64,000 nt of DNA from Octopus sinensis (GCF_006345805.1 NC_043019.1:2542001-2606000), one strand, 5' to 3'; numbered from the stretch's first letter, positions 36,686 through 50,315 are shown. Numbers and translations: made by a program. Notes: generated by a model not told the origin, from the sequence alone.

Positions 36686-38408
36686 CATTTTTTATATAAC
36701 ATGCACAGTGCTTTGTTTAACACCATCACCTAGTTCTTGGGTCTTTGTTTAGTGGAGTTACCTTTTTTTTGTAAACATTCAAACTAAACCATCCATTTCC
36801 TCCCCACTTCGACCATGATTTTCTTGCACACACTGACTTTATTTCTTTTTTTTTTTTTTAAACTTGTATTGCAATTTGGGATTAAGTGAACATGTTGGAA
36901 TGCTCAAAAGAGATTATTTCTTTCTCCGAGGAAAGACTTTGCCTGAAACATCAGTATGCTCTTCTTACTACATCTTTATTCTTTTACTTGTTTCAGTCAT
37001 TAGACTGTGGCCATACTGGAGCACCGCTTTGAGGAATTTTAGTCGATCTAATGAACCCAAAAACCAAAATATAAAAAAATTGTATGGTTTAAGGGTTATT
37101 TAGCTGTTATTTCTCATGACCACCTGATACCATCCTCGTTTCTTTTTCACTCTGACATATAGATGTTTTGCAATATCTTTTTCTACATAAACACATTTAA
37201 TGGTCTATTGCTGGAATTTAAACAAAAAATTCGGACTGATTTTTTTCTTTTAAAAATTGAAAAATAAAAATGAATTTTAAAAAATTTCGAAAAAGAAAAT
37301 TCTGTTTTTCATAGTGGTATGAATTCCTATATGTAGTATACAAATTCGTAAAAAGTTTCTGAAAATTCCAAAAAATAATGAGAGTTCTTAGGGGATGCTT
37401 AAAGCAGAATTCTGCCTGTCTGCCTTCTCAATACACTCACCTTCACCACCAACGAGAAACACTCATTGACATAGTTTTACTTCATAAATCAGTAACTCAC
37501 GTGTGATGTTATTCCATATAAGTATATATAATATATTTTACACAAGTGAAGTCGAGACAGATTTCCTTCATTAGAGGTGAAGCTTTACGGGTGACGACTT
37601 CTTCCATGATAGAGATAATAGATATCAATATTATTCAGTCAATTCATTGCTGTTCTGGTTGTAACTTTCTAAAGTTCCTGGAAATACTTCTGTTGGTAGG
37701 AAAAAATTCAATGGTTCATCTCAAAGCCACACTCGACTTCCCTATGCTACAGTATATATCATAGCAGAATACCGAGCATAGGACAACTATGGAAACAGGC
37801 ATGAATATGCCTGTGGCTTACGATTGGCTGAAATTACCCAAAATTTTCAAACTTTTTAATAGCTAATAATTATTTATTGATTTATGGTGAAAATGATTTT
37901 CACGGCATTGATTAGCATATAAAAGTATATTATTACACTGAATATGAAACCAATTCGAATAGAAATTGAAGAGATTGAAAATTGGCAGCCAAACAGAAAA
38001 GATCCGAAGTTGCAGTACTGTTATAAATATGTTTCGCAGTACTAGGATACACTCCTTTAAGTTCTCAGTTCAAATCCGGATCAGATTGAGATAATTTTGT
38101 TATATTCTGTGGTCGCTGAAATTTACTTACTGGGATCCACAAATAAGCGGAATTACTTTATAGCTAAAAATTCAATTTATGTTATTTACTTAAAAAAAAA
38201 AAAACTTTTATTAGGCGAGCCATCATCACTATCGCTGTGTGTTACTGTGTGTAACTAGGGGGAAAATCATTTGAAATTTATACCTGTTGGAACAAGAATA
38301 AACACTGCCACATAAAACCGATTGCCTTACCATTTCGGTCGACTTACCCTTAATTTTTCGGTTAAATTATCACCCTTAATTAAAAACAAAATTTAAAAAA
38401 TGCTTTCC

Positions 38409-38778
38409 TACTCTTTACTCGTTTCAGTCATTTGACTGTGGCCATGCTGGAGCACTGCCTTTAGTCGATCAAATCCACCCCAGGACTTATTCTTTGTAAG
38501 CCTAGTACTTATTCTATCGGTCTCTTTTGCCGAATCGCTAAGTGACGGGGACGTAAACACATCAGCATCAGTTGTCTAGCGATTTGGGGGGGGGCATTCA
38601 CAGACACACACACACATATACGACAGGCTTCTTTCAGTTTCCGTCTACCAAATCCACTCACAAGGCTTTGGTCGGTCCAAGGCTATAGTAGAAGACACTT
38701 GCCCAAGGTGCCACGTAGTGGGACTGAACCCAGAACCATGTGGCTGGTAAGCAAGCTACTTGCCACACAGCCACTCCT
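38409..38778 (-). mobile_element. SINE family A, full length
   Basis: Reverse complement of 7986-8372. Confidence 0.88.
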
Positions 38779-38980
38779 ACACCTTTTATATAATTTACAT
38801 TATATATATGCTTCATATTCACCGTATAACAGCTGTTTGACATCGCTATACTATAACTATTTACAAACCATATCTTTTATCTTTTACTTGTCAGTCATTA
38901 GGCTGCAGCCATGCAGGGGCACCGTCTTGAAGAGTTTATAGTCGATCCTTCGTTTTGACTCGAAAAATGTAAACAATGAA

Positions 38981-39223
38981 TTCGGTAGTTTCCGTGACCA
39001 GATGTTGTCTTGTCAACTGTCAGTTGACTTCTGTCAAATTGGGAAGAGAAAGCTCATGGATTGAGCGGGCGTACTGTTCCTGTGTGTGTGTGTGCGCCTG
39101 TTCTGTTTATATGTATTTATGTGTTGCACACGCAAACACGCACACACACAAGAACAAGCACGTACACACAGACATGTCAATTGACAGTTGACAAGACAAC
39201 ACGTGATCACGCAAACTACCGAA
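38981..39223. mobile_element. MITE with imperfect TIRs of about 41 bp
   Basis: TTCGGTAGTTTCCGTGACCAGATGTTGTCTTGTCAACTGTC versus the reverse complement of GACAGTTGACAAGACAACACGTGATCACGCAAACTACCGAA. Confidence 0.75.
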
Positions 39224-39940
39224 GGATCTTTTCCTTTTGAACGGCAGTTTTCAACACAATTTCTAGTTAACTAAACACTTTTAAACTTCGTATACTGGTA
39301 GAATGTGTCAAAATAAAACATTTTTTTTCTCTTGGCTTTCTTGAGAAAATTGTAATTTGTAAGTTTAACGTAGTTTAATTTTTCGAATTTTAACCAATCC
39401 TATGCCCTCTATTGAGCTAAAATCATTTGCTGCGTCTAAAACAGACAACATCCTGTCACTAACCCTAACCCTCACTCTAACCCTAAATTTTAGCCTTTCG
39501 TTTTTTTTTCTTAATTGTTACGCGTGTGACTAAAATTATTCGTCTTGAGTTTTTGATTTCGTTTTTTTTTCTTAATTGTTAAATTAAAATTTTTTCCATT
39601 GCTTTCGTTTTTTTTTTTTTTCTTAATTGTTTTCCTTAAATTAATCTAACAATTAAGAAAAAATAAACGAAAGGCTAAAATTTAGGGTTAGAGTGAGGCT
39701 TAGGGTTAGTGACAGGATGTCTGTTTTAGATGCAGCAAATGATTTTAGCTCAATAGAGGGCATAGGATTGGTTAAAATTCAAAAAATTAAACTACGTTAA
39801 ACTTACAAATTACAATTTTCTCAAGAAAGCCAAGAGAAAAAAATGTTTTACTTTGACACATTCTACCAGTATACGAAGTTTAAAAGTGTTTAGTTAACTA
39901 GAAATTGTGTTGAAAACTGCCGTTCAAAAGGAAAAGATCC
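39224..39940. mobile_element. Foldback element of a GGATC-MITE-related subfamily (arms about 295 bp)
   Basis: 39224-39518 is the near-perfect inverse of 39648-39940; TIR variant GGATCTTTTCCTTTTGAACGG. Confidence 0.9.
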
Positions 39941-41038
39941 GGAAGATGGCCTTGAAATATAACTGTCATGTACGGCTATGGGGAGATCTGACAAGAACCA
40001 TCCTGTCCATGTGCCACAAATATACTCAAAGGGATAAGTATATCAAGCATCTAAAAGTATTGAAACAATGAATAAAACCGCAGTTGACTAGGTTTAGTAA
40101 CTTCGAGAAAATCTTTATTCACAAGAAAGACAATTAATTTAGCGATTACAAACTGGCGAAATGGCAGTGTCGTTATGACTTAGGAAGGAATGCTTTCCCA
40201 CTACCGGCTCTGTGACTTCAATTGTCGCCGAAGCTGTCTTTACCTTTTACCCTCTTGGGACCAATAAATAAATTACGAATCATGCATCGGAACCGTTTCT
40301 CCTTCTGTCAGAATCAGCTATGCAGAAAGTAACAATAAAGAAGTATTCTCAGCGTTACCCCACCAATCCTTTCAAGACATCACATTAAGAAAGTCTCTGA
40401 TGGCTTATTAAAAAACTTGCAGAAAAAATAAGTAAAAATATTATGACAAACGTCTAAATGGACAGCATCTGTTTTTAAAAAAAATTATTACATCAAAGAT
40501 AGTGAGAAGAAAATGAAATTTAAAATATTCTAGTGCAATGAAAGCTACACTGATTTAATTATTTTGTTTACAAATGCCTTCCAGAATTCATATTAACCCT
40601 GTACTATTTATATAATAGCAGCTATGTAAATCAGCAATGCAGTTATGGAAATATAGTTGAACCATTACATGTTAACTACTCATTTTCAAATTCTAACTTC
40701 CATTATAAATAATAGAAAATGTAGAGTGGTTGTTTGCCATTGTTGTTTAATCCGATCTAGCAGACCTATGACCAAAGATGTTGCAGCCGCTGTAATCTTT
40801 GTATATTGATAATTAAATTTTCTACTGTATCCCTTAAGACAGGAAGGGATACAGTAATTGAGGGTGATTTGTCTGTCATTTCTAGCAAGCATGCGACCGT
40901 TTGACTTAATCTGCCACAGACTCTACTGTCGAAGCAGGGTTTCTCTACACCGGCATTTTCTAATTAATGATCCCGGAAGGCCTTTGCAGTTGTACGATAA
41001 AAATAATTATTTGCAAACGAATTTTGAGTAAGTGTGCG

Positions 41039-41599
41039 GGATCTTTTCGGTTTGAACGGCAGTTTTTAACACAATTTCTAGGTAACTAAAAATTTTAAAC
41101 TTTGTATGTTGGTAGAATGTGTTTATAAAACATCTTCTTCTCTTGGCTTTATTGAGAAAATTCTATAGTTTGTAACATATTTGGTCTTTAATTTCTTGCA
41201 TTTCGGCAATTTCAACCAATCAATGACCGTCTATTGAGGTGAAAACATTCTGTGCCGTATGAATATGTCCCTCGTTTAAGAAACAAATTGGGTTTATTAG
41301 TTAGGGTTAGGGGTGGGGGAAGGGTATCTTTTTTTCTTCACAAACCCAATGTGTTTCTTAAACGAGGGACATATTCATACTGCACAGAATGTTTTCACCT
41401 CAATAGACGGTCATTGATTGGTTGAAATTGCCGAAATGCAAGAAATTAAAGACCAAATATCTTACAAACTATAAAATTTTCTCAGTAAAGCCAAAAGAAA
41501 AAGATGTTTTATAAACACATTCTACCAGTATACGAAGTTTAAAATTTTTTGGTTACCTAGAAATTATGTTAAAAACTGCCGTTCAAACCGAAAAGATCC
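41039..41599. mobile_element. Foldback derivative of the GGATC-MITE (arms about 260 bp)
   Basis: 41039-41298 is the inverse of about 41343-41599; both arms are the family right half. Confidence 0.9.
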
Positions 41600-42548
41600 A
41601 GGTCCTGTTTTGTCCCCGTAATTAGTGGTTCGGTTAAAAAAAAAAGAGAGACCGGTAGAATAAATACAGGGCTCAAAAAAAAAAAAAAAGAAAGAAAGAA
41701 AATTAAGACTTGGGGGCAATTTGCTCGACTCTTCAAGGTGATTTCTCAGTATGGCAGCAGTCAAATAACTGAAACAAGTGAAAGAAAGGCGATCTTCTTC
41801 CGTCTCCCCTAATGGTTCTCCCAAGCCATTAACCGTATTAGCTTCATATTATAGTCGTTACTAGAGCACAAGCACCGAAATGGCCTACAATAAAACGTTT
41901 TCATTGTTTAACTACTGCAAAAATAAATAGATAAACTTATTACATCTATCATTAGTAATTTTATAAATTTAATTTATCGTTGTCTTAATAGAATATAATT
42001 GATCGCAGGTTTGATGTAAAGTTGAATTTTTATTCTTAAACCTATTAACCATTATATATTTATCAACGGATTTTATTAATTTGTTTAGAAATTATTAAGA
42101 AAAACATTGAAATATGTAATAGAAGTGCTGCAGCTAAAGTAAGCTTTCGTCGTGAATAGAGAAGGAATAAATGTTAGGTGCTGAAAAGGCGACTGTCGTT
42201 ACGGAGAATGCCAAACGAAGAGAAAATTGTCAGCTCTAGGAATAAATGACTTATCATATCCGGTGGGAGTCATAATAAATAGAAATAATGTTACTTGCAG
42301 ATAGTACTTAATAACTTTGTCCCAGAAATGATTTGTTTCTAAAATGTTTATACGACCGGTGACATTACACACAAGTAAAGCGAAATATTTCGCAGAGGAA
42401 AATATCTATATATAGAAGAATAAGTTGAGGGCGTGATGTACTGAATGACGTGCGCAAAGGATTTTCAAATAATTGAAATTTCCCTTTTAGATGGAGAAAG
42501 AAAATAAATACTCAGTGTGATTATTAGTAGCTCTCAAAGACACTAATT

Positions 42549-42974
42549 GGATCTTTTCGGTTTGAATGGCAGTTTTTTCTAGCGGTGTCATATGAAATTG
42601 TCACCCATAATTATGACCCTAGAATCGATCTATTGCATTTCAATCTGTTTTAGGGTTAGGGTTGGTTAGGATTAGGGGTGGGGGAAGGGTATCTTTTTTT
42701 CTTCACAAATGTAAATAAACCCAATCTGTTTCTTAAACGAAGGACATATTCATAAGGCACAGAATGCTTTTTAACTCAATAGACGTCACTGATTGGTTGA
42801 AATTGCAGAAATTGAAGATGAAAAACAACAAATATCTTACACACTATAGAATTTTCTCAATAAAGCCAAGAGAAAAAGATGTTTTATAAACACATTCTAC
42901 CAGTATACGAAGTTTTAAATTTTTTAGTTACCTAGAAATTATGTTAAAAACTGCCGTTCAAACCGAAAAGATCC
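42549..42974 (+). mobile_element. GGATC-MITE, full length, 8-bp TSD CACT(A/T)ATT
   Basis: CACTAATT on the left and CACTTATT on the right. Confidence 0.9.
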
Positions 42975-45097
42975 CACTTATTTACTGAAGGAACCGAGTC
43001 GTTGTTTACAGGCAAGGCAGACAACTATGAATATGTTTTAGTGTTTTAGGATCTCAGTATAGTTGAGACTACTCATCTTAGGTTCGTTAGAGTTACGAAA
43101 ATTTTGGCTAGTATGATTTGCATTATTCAAATATAAGAGGTAAGGGAAATAACTTGTGTAGACAAATGTCATAAGTTTAGATGACTCATTGAATGACTCA
43201 CTCAGATTAACTTTTATGAGATTAATTTTTAAATTTCTCGAAGTTACTTCCCTTCTCACTGTGAATCGCTAGCAATTTTGGCAAGGTTTTTGTTTTCTTC
43301 GACTAAAAGAGAAATTTAACTGAGAAATATTTGCACGCATCATCACACCCTTATTTATATCTTTGGCTATTAAAATATCCGAGCTACTACAAGCTCACTA
43401 ACTTGTAAGGAACTTGAAAGCAAACTTCAGAAATAAATTAAAACATTGGACAAACTGACATACAACTAAGACAGTGCCGGGAATGAACATCAGTCAAGTA
43501 TAAATCCGACATACAAATTACCAAGCATGCATTTGCTAGTACACTAAACTTTCGACAGAGTTTAGTATGAGAATCTCTAATCAAAACTTCCTGTTTATAA
43601 ATTTGAGCCCCACACACCGATCATCCCTTCGATCGATAGCTTCGTATTAGATCGCACAATTACCAAATGTGTTGACGAAGCACTTTGTCCCTCATTTTAT
43701 CAACCCCTACGTGACATATAATTCGATTTTGTTTCCCGCTGTTTTCCTTCCATGCTTCAACCACTTATTTGCTACCACATCCAACAACACACAATCTTAC
43801 CCTTCGCGCTTCCCTATGTTAGTCATCTCAAGAGAACAGCATAACATAACTGTCCCTTAATCATTATTAGCAGCAATCATTTAGAGCCCCAACGGTCGCT
43901 CCAATTCCTTTCTTTTCAAACCATCGATCCCCTGGAATCCCCTCACAGTTCATGTTTTTGACGCAAGTATCGGCTTATAAGAGTTCATTTGCATTGGAAG
44001 GTCTGTGACACCTATGGACACAGTTCCACTTTCTCCAGACCCAGTAAGTCAAATATATATATATATATATACCAATTGAGAAAACAAATTTTAAAACTGA
44101 GCGAAGCGCACTAGTAATATACAAAAATGTTGAATTAGTATTTGGAAAATGCAAGTTTTCAACATTTCCTACTCTAATGAAGCGGTACCTCACATGTATG
44201 CGCTCTCCCCCTCACTCTCTCTCACACACACACACGCCACGTACATTCACTCACGTCAATATACGTCCCACACCTCTGTAAAATACGCTGAGGAAATTGT
44301 TATACTTGGTTTGCTCTTACAGAATGGAAGCAAGAGAGAGAGAGAGAGAGAGAGTCAGTAAGCGAGACAGATCGAATAGACAAACGAGCACTATGTTAGT
44401 GTGTGTGTATGCATATATTTATACATACATACATACATATTATTGGGCCCCTGGGATATGTAACACTGCTTAAATACCAATCTTGAGAAATTAGGTTTTT
44501 CAAAATCAGAAACTAGAAAGCTAATTCGAAGACTACAAATCCAATCCAACACTAGAACTGTAAAAATCTGTGAAACTTTCCAGAAGTTTATCATTTAAAT
44601 ATATATGAGCATATCTACAAATCTGCACATACATACATACAAAGAAAAATACCCTGTTGTTCATGTTGAAATTCCAATGAAGGAGCCTTGAACCTAGGTT
44701 AGAAACCGATTCTTTCTCTATTGGTAAGTAATCTTGAAATAAACTGAATAATAGCATGCATATATGACCACGCTTCCCTGTCTTGTAGTGTATTTAGCTG
44801 ATTTTCTAAGCTATATTCATGGCTATCCTGCTTTCGAAAATTCCTTTATTTTCTGTAGAATACCGACTTACTCGGTGCTTCTAAACTTGCTTACAATGTA
44901 TGTAATATATGTATGCCATTATGGTATAATAGTGAGGTTTAAAAGTTCGTTTCACAATCCTGTTTCGGTTCCAATCCCGTTACATGGCATTCTGAGAGGC
45001 CAGCAGGTTTAAGGAGCATATCACCCATGTGCCGAGATCTACCACCCACAAAAGAAAACATAGGTATGGATGATTATTCAACTGACATGATTTAAAA

Positions 45098-45340
45098 GTC
45101 ACGTACACCTGTGCGCATAGTGTAAAAAAGATGTAAGTGAACGCTTCAGAACAGTATTTCGCCTGTCTTTACGTTCTGAGTTTAAATTCCGCCAAGGTCG
45201 ACTTTGCCTTTCATCCTTTCGGGGACGATAAATTAAGTACCAGATGCGCATTGGGGTCGATGTAATCGACTTAATCCCTTTATTTGTCCCTTCTATGTTT
45301 AGCCTCCTGTGGGCAATAAAGAAATTAGAAACCGATAAAA
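45098..45340 (+). mobile_element. SINE family B copy
   Basis: GAGTTTAAATTCCGCCAAGGTCGACTTTGCCTTTCATCCTTTCGGGGACGATAAATTAAGTACCAG. Confidence 0.75.
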
Positions 45341-46287
45341 GGTCGTCGCGCGCGTCCCAATCAACGCTTGACAACCGTTGTTGGTGTGATTACGTCCCTG
45401 TAACTAGGCTTCAGAAATAAGTCCTGGGGGTCAATTTGTTTGAAACAAGTGAAAAATAAAAGAACACTCACACATATGTATGTATGCCATGTGTCAATAT
45501 GTGTGCGAATTCCCGTAAATTTTTTTGGCAAGAATTACGCCCCCCCCCCAACCACCCTAAAAAAAATTTTTTTCGACACAAACCCCACTTTTCGGCTAAG
45601 GGGAACACGAAAACACGAATCTGCAAAAAAAAAAAAAAAAATGGCAAAAATCGATATTTCTAAATTACCACCCGCCACTCTATTTCCTTCATTTTAATTT
45701 TCTTCACAATTTTCTTTTTCAAAATATGCGGAAAAATACGGAGATTATGATTCTGAAAAAAATTTCTAAAAATCTTTGTAAAATTACAAAAATAAACAAA
45801 TTTGGAAGAAAATGAGAGAGACGGACGGAAGTCTTTCCTCGAATTGTCCGTAAAATATGTGGCAATGTGACCGCGAGTAAATTTGACTAGGATCCTTTGT
45901 CGGAAGAACTTTCATCTCATAAGACAAACTTCTTTTGTACAATTTCATGACTTCTGCCAACGTGATATTGCAGTGATGAAAACCGATCTCGTCTTTCTCA
46001 TTCGCAAAATGAACCCCCTTTAATTTAGCTCAGATTGATTTCAATTTTCATGTATCAATACAACTCTCAAGCTTAGTCTAATACGTTCCATTGAATATGT
46101 AATTAGTCTAATTACATGCTGTGGCTGGCGACATCTATTTCGTCAATATATGTAGGAAAACGTCACGTCAGCAAATTAAAGAAGAAACGGGCGACGTGGG
46201 CTGTACTTCAGGCATCCACCAATATTGGAAAGTATTTTCAAAGCTTATAATAGACAATACTTTTCCCTTTCAAATCGAAAAAATGTA

Positions 46288-46692
46288 CCTTTGTGTGAAA
46301 AGTCTGGCTGCATCCGAAAAAAACATATATTATGAAACAAAAATATACACAAAATTTATTACACGAATCTGTTACCACCACGACAGTCAACTATTTGACG
46401 CCGAACACGAGTTTGATGTTGAATACATCCACGAATTTTCCGCTCAGATAGCTCTTCCCAAGACTGCAAGACGGCTTCGTGCAATTCATGCCTCGTTGTA
46501 GGGTTTTTCAGTTCAACTTTATCGGCCAAAACTTTGAAAATGCCTTCATCGAATGAATTCCACGTGTTGAATAGAACTCACTGAATAAATCTTAATTAAC
46601 TGTGTTGTCAATTGTATGCACCTGACATATGCTAACGTGTATGCAGCCAGACTTTTCACACAGAGGAAATACATGTCGCTCGCCACAGCATG
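46288..46692. mobile_element. TIR-element fragment absent from the paralogous copies
   Basis: CCTTTGTGTGAAAAGTCTGGCTGCA and TGCAGCCAGACTTTTCACACAGAGG are inverted; TA-flanked; missing at about 49228 and 49828. Confidence 0.6.
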
Positions 46693-46715
46693 TAATTGTA
46701 CATATTGCAATTAAG

Positions 46716-47003
46716 GGTACTACTAGGGAACAGTGGTCCCGGTGCGCACACGCGCATGCGAGCTAGCTAGTCGTGACTAGTCGATCCTGCAACGACAGCC
46801 TAGCAAAGTAAATAAAACACAAAATAAATAATTTTTTTACACAAAGTAAATAATTTTTGTTTAACAAAGTAAATAAAACACAAAGTAAATAATTTTTTAA
46901 ACAAAGTAAATAACACAAAAACACAAAGTAAGGATCGACTAGTCATGACTAGCTGAGGCGACTGCGCGTGTGCGCGTAAGGACCACTGTTCGCTAGTAGT
47001 ACC
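46716..47003. mobile_element. GGTAC-ended MITE with 9-bp TSD (Merlin- or Mutator-type)
   Basis: Imperfect TIRs of about 70 bp (GGTACTACTAG.GAACAGTGGTCC); TSD GCAATTAAG at 46707-46715 and 47004-47012; internal CAAAGTAAATAA repeats. Confidence 0.88.
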
Positions 47004-47778
47004 GCAATTAAGGTTATGGTAGTTAATTAAGCATCGAATAGATAGAAGCGAAATTCGATAAGGGGGTTTCTCTTTCTGCAACAGACAATATTTGCGCATG
47101 CGTATTAATGAAATAATGCGTCGTCTGCTTGAACACTGCAAACATGACATGGCGACTGCGAGCTGAAACTTTTAGTTAGGAACATTTATTAATTTATGTA
47201 TAGCTCTAGTGAAAAATAGCGACAGTTTACTATTTTAAAGGAAAAGAATAATCTTATAAGCAGGTATTTCAGTCATTTATTTCTTCCTGTATAGTCTGTG
47301 TTAAAGATTTTTGCTCTTAGATATTTTCTTCTATTTTTTTTATATCTTACCGGGGCAAACGTTGAACGAGAAAGTTTGAACAATAGCTTATACATACATA
47401 TATATATATAACTGAAAAATTATGGCTTTTTTACCCCTCCTATCCTCCCCTCTCTGTATCGATTTTGTTGACACAAAACACCATTTGGGGTGGGGGCCAC
47501 TACGAACGTAAAAACTATTGAAGACTTTTCGGTTAAAAGAAAACTATTTTCAGACGTAAAGGTGTGTAATTAAAGGGAAACTTGGCTGTTGTTTCTAGCA
47601 TGTCCCATGACCAGTAAGGTTTAGGGTTGTTAAAATTGTATTGAAAATAGACTTATTTTCCTGAACGTTATGAAGAAACAAAGTCAATTCGTGCGAAAAA
47701 TCCGAATCGTCTTTCTCCACCCCCGAACCGATTTTACACAGATAATCCTGGTATAATCGCATTGTATATTATCCAGGG

Positions 47779-47997
47779 CAGTGGTTTTCAACCAGGGTTC
47801 CGCGGAACCTTCGGGTTCCGCCAGTACAGTGCAGGGGTTCCGCAAGAAGTTACAAAACTGCTAAAATCGGCAGTAATTTTTAATTCTCCTGTGCAGATAT
47901 GTGTGCATAGGACTATTAAATTATTGCACAAGGGTTCCTCGAGCCTGTGGAATGTTTCCTTGGGGTTCCGCTCCAGCAAAAAGTTTGAAAAGCACTG
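47779..47997. mobile_element. hAT (Charlie-type) MITE
   Basis: CAGTGGTTTTCAA...TTGAAAAGCACTG; flanks ATCCAGGG and ATCTAGAG (6/8 match, resembling the NTCTAGAN target). Confidence 0.8.
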
Positions 47998-49383
47998 ATC
48001 TAGAGGATATTTCGTTTGAAATTTCGTAGAATTATACCAACTCTTTAAACAAGTTATGAGGAAACAAAGTCAAATCTTATGAATTATCCGAAACTCCCTC
48101 CCTTCATCGGAAGAAATATTTTCACAAGAAATTCACATATATTTATGTGCTATGTCCTCTGCATTGAAAAAAATATCCGATTTCCTGAACGATTTGAAGA
48201 AAGAAAGCCAACTCGTGTGAATTAGCCGAATCGCCTCTCCCCTCCTCCGAAACTAATTCCGATATAATCGTAATGTATATAGAAAAATACCTATTTTTCT
48301 GAAAGTTATGAAGAAACAAAGCCAACTCGTGTGTAATATCCAAATCTCCCTCCTCTTCTCGAAAAAATTTTTACCACAAATTGATGTAAGCCTGTAGAGG
48401 TGAGCTATCCCTTCTGAAAGGTATTCATAGAAAATTTCTTTAAAAGATATCTAATTGTCTGAAAGATATGAAGAAACAAATTGGTGATGTGTAACATTTG
48501 TGTTGGTAAGACTAGAATGCTTTGCAGTATTTAATTACTTGAACAATTTTAAAGTCAGGAATCTACGAATTTTGTGATGTAAACATCGAATTGTCCGTAA
48601 AATATGTGGCAATGTGACCGCGAGTAAATTGGACTAGGATCCTTCATCGGCAGAACTTTCATCTCAAAAGACAAACTTCTTTGTAGAATTTCATGATTTC
48701 TGCCAACATGAATTCCAGTGATAAAACCGATCTCGTCTTTCTTCTTCGCAAAATGAACCCCATTTAATTCCTCTATAGTTTGTGTTAAAGATTTTTTTCT
48801 CTTAGATATTTACTTCTAATTTTTATATTTTACCGGTGAAAACGTTGAACGGGAAAGTTATGCATATATATTACATAAACTGAACAATAGTCTTTGACTA
48901 GGATCCTTCTTCGCCAGAACTTTCATCTCATAAGACCAACTTCTTTTGTAGAATTTCATGACTTCTGACAACCCCCTTTAATTTAGCTGATTGATTTCAA
49001 TTTTGATGTATCAATACAATTCTCAAGCTTAGTCAAATATGTTCCATTGAATATGTAATTAGTCTAATTACATGCCGTGGCTGGCGACACCTATTTCGTC
49101 AATATATGTAGGAAAATTAAAGAAGAAATGGGCGACATGTGCTGTACTTCAGGCATCCACCAATATTGGAAAGTATTTTCAAAGCTTATAATAGACAATA
49201 CTTTTCCTTCTCAAATGGAAAAATGTATATTGTACATATTACAATTAAGGTTATGATAGTTAATGTAATTGTAATTTTTGACTAATTTTTAAAATTAATT
49301 AGTCTAATTATATGCCGTGGCCGGCGATATGTATTTCGTCAATACAGATTATTAGCAACTATTGAAAACAAGAGAAACAAGCA

Positions 49384-49542
49384 GGAGTGGCTGTGTGGTA
49401 AGTAGCTTGCTTACCAGCCACATGGTTCTGGGTTCAGTCCCACTGCGTGGCACCTTGGGCAAGTATCTTCTACTATAGCCTCGGGCCGACCAAAGCCTTG
49501 TGAGTGGATTTGGTAGACGGAAACTGAAAGAAGCCCGTCGTA

Positions 49543-49590
<48 letters not shown>

Positions 49591-49795
49591 TGTGTGTGTC
49601 TGTGTTTGTCCCCCTAGCATTGCTTGACAACCGATGCTGGTGTGTTTATGTCCCCGTTACTTAGCGGTTCGGCAAAAGAGACCGATAGAATAAGTACTGG
49701 GCTTACAAAAGAATAAGTCCCGGGGTCGAGTTGCTCGATTAAAGGCGGTGCTCCAGCATGGCCGCAGTCAAATGACTGAAACAAGTAAAAGAGTA
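49384..49795 (+). mobile_element. SINE family A, full length, young
   Basis: Intact head, core, microsatellite and tail CAGTCAAATGACTGAAACAAGTAAAAGAGTA. Confidence 0.9.
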
Positions 49796-50264
49796 AGCTG
49801 AATACTTTTCCCTCTCAAATCGAAAAATGTATATTGTACATATTGCAATTAAAGTTATTGTAGTTAATTTATTTATAATTTTTTTATTAAGGCAATTATT
49901 TTTAATGAAAGCCTGGAGTAGATAGAAGCGAAATTCGATAAGGGGGTTTCTCTTTCTGCAACAGACAATATTTGCGCATGCGTATTAATGAAATAATGCG
50001 TCGTCTGCTTGAACACTGCAAACATGACATGGCGACTGCGAGCTGAAACTTTTAGTTAGGAACATTTATTAATTTATGTATAGCTCTAATGAAAAAATAG
50101 CGACAGTTTAATAGTTTAAAGGAAAAGAATAATCTTATAAGCAGGTATTTCAGTCATTTATTTCTTCCTCTATAGTCTGTGTTCAAGATTTTTTCTCTTA
50201 GATATTTTCTTCTATTTTTTGATATCTTACCGGGGCAAACGTTGAACGAGAAAGTCATTTTTCA

Positions 50265-50315
<51 letters not shown>

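Noticed and set aside
37540-37720. Possible piggyBac-like transposase trace on the minus strand (DEPLNFFL..WKKSSP)
   Set aside because: Too short and stop-ridden to support without a profile search.
40312-40430. Strong-looking + strand acceptor followed by an exon-like segment
   Set aside because: All three frames close before a credible donor, and no partner exons were found.
46121-46501. 126-aa ORF
   Set aside because: It spans a junction between duplicated DNA and an inserted TIR fragment and has no recognisable domain.
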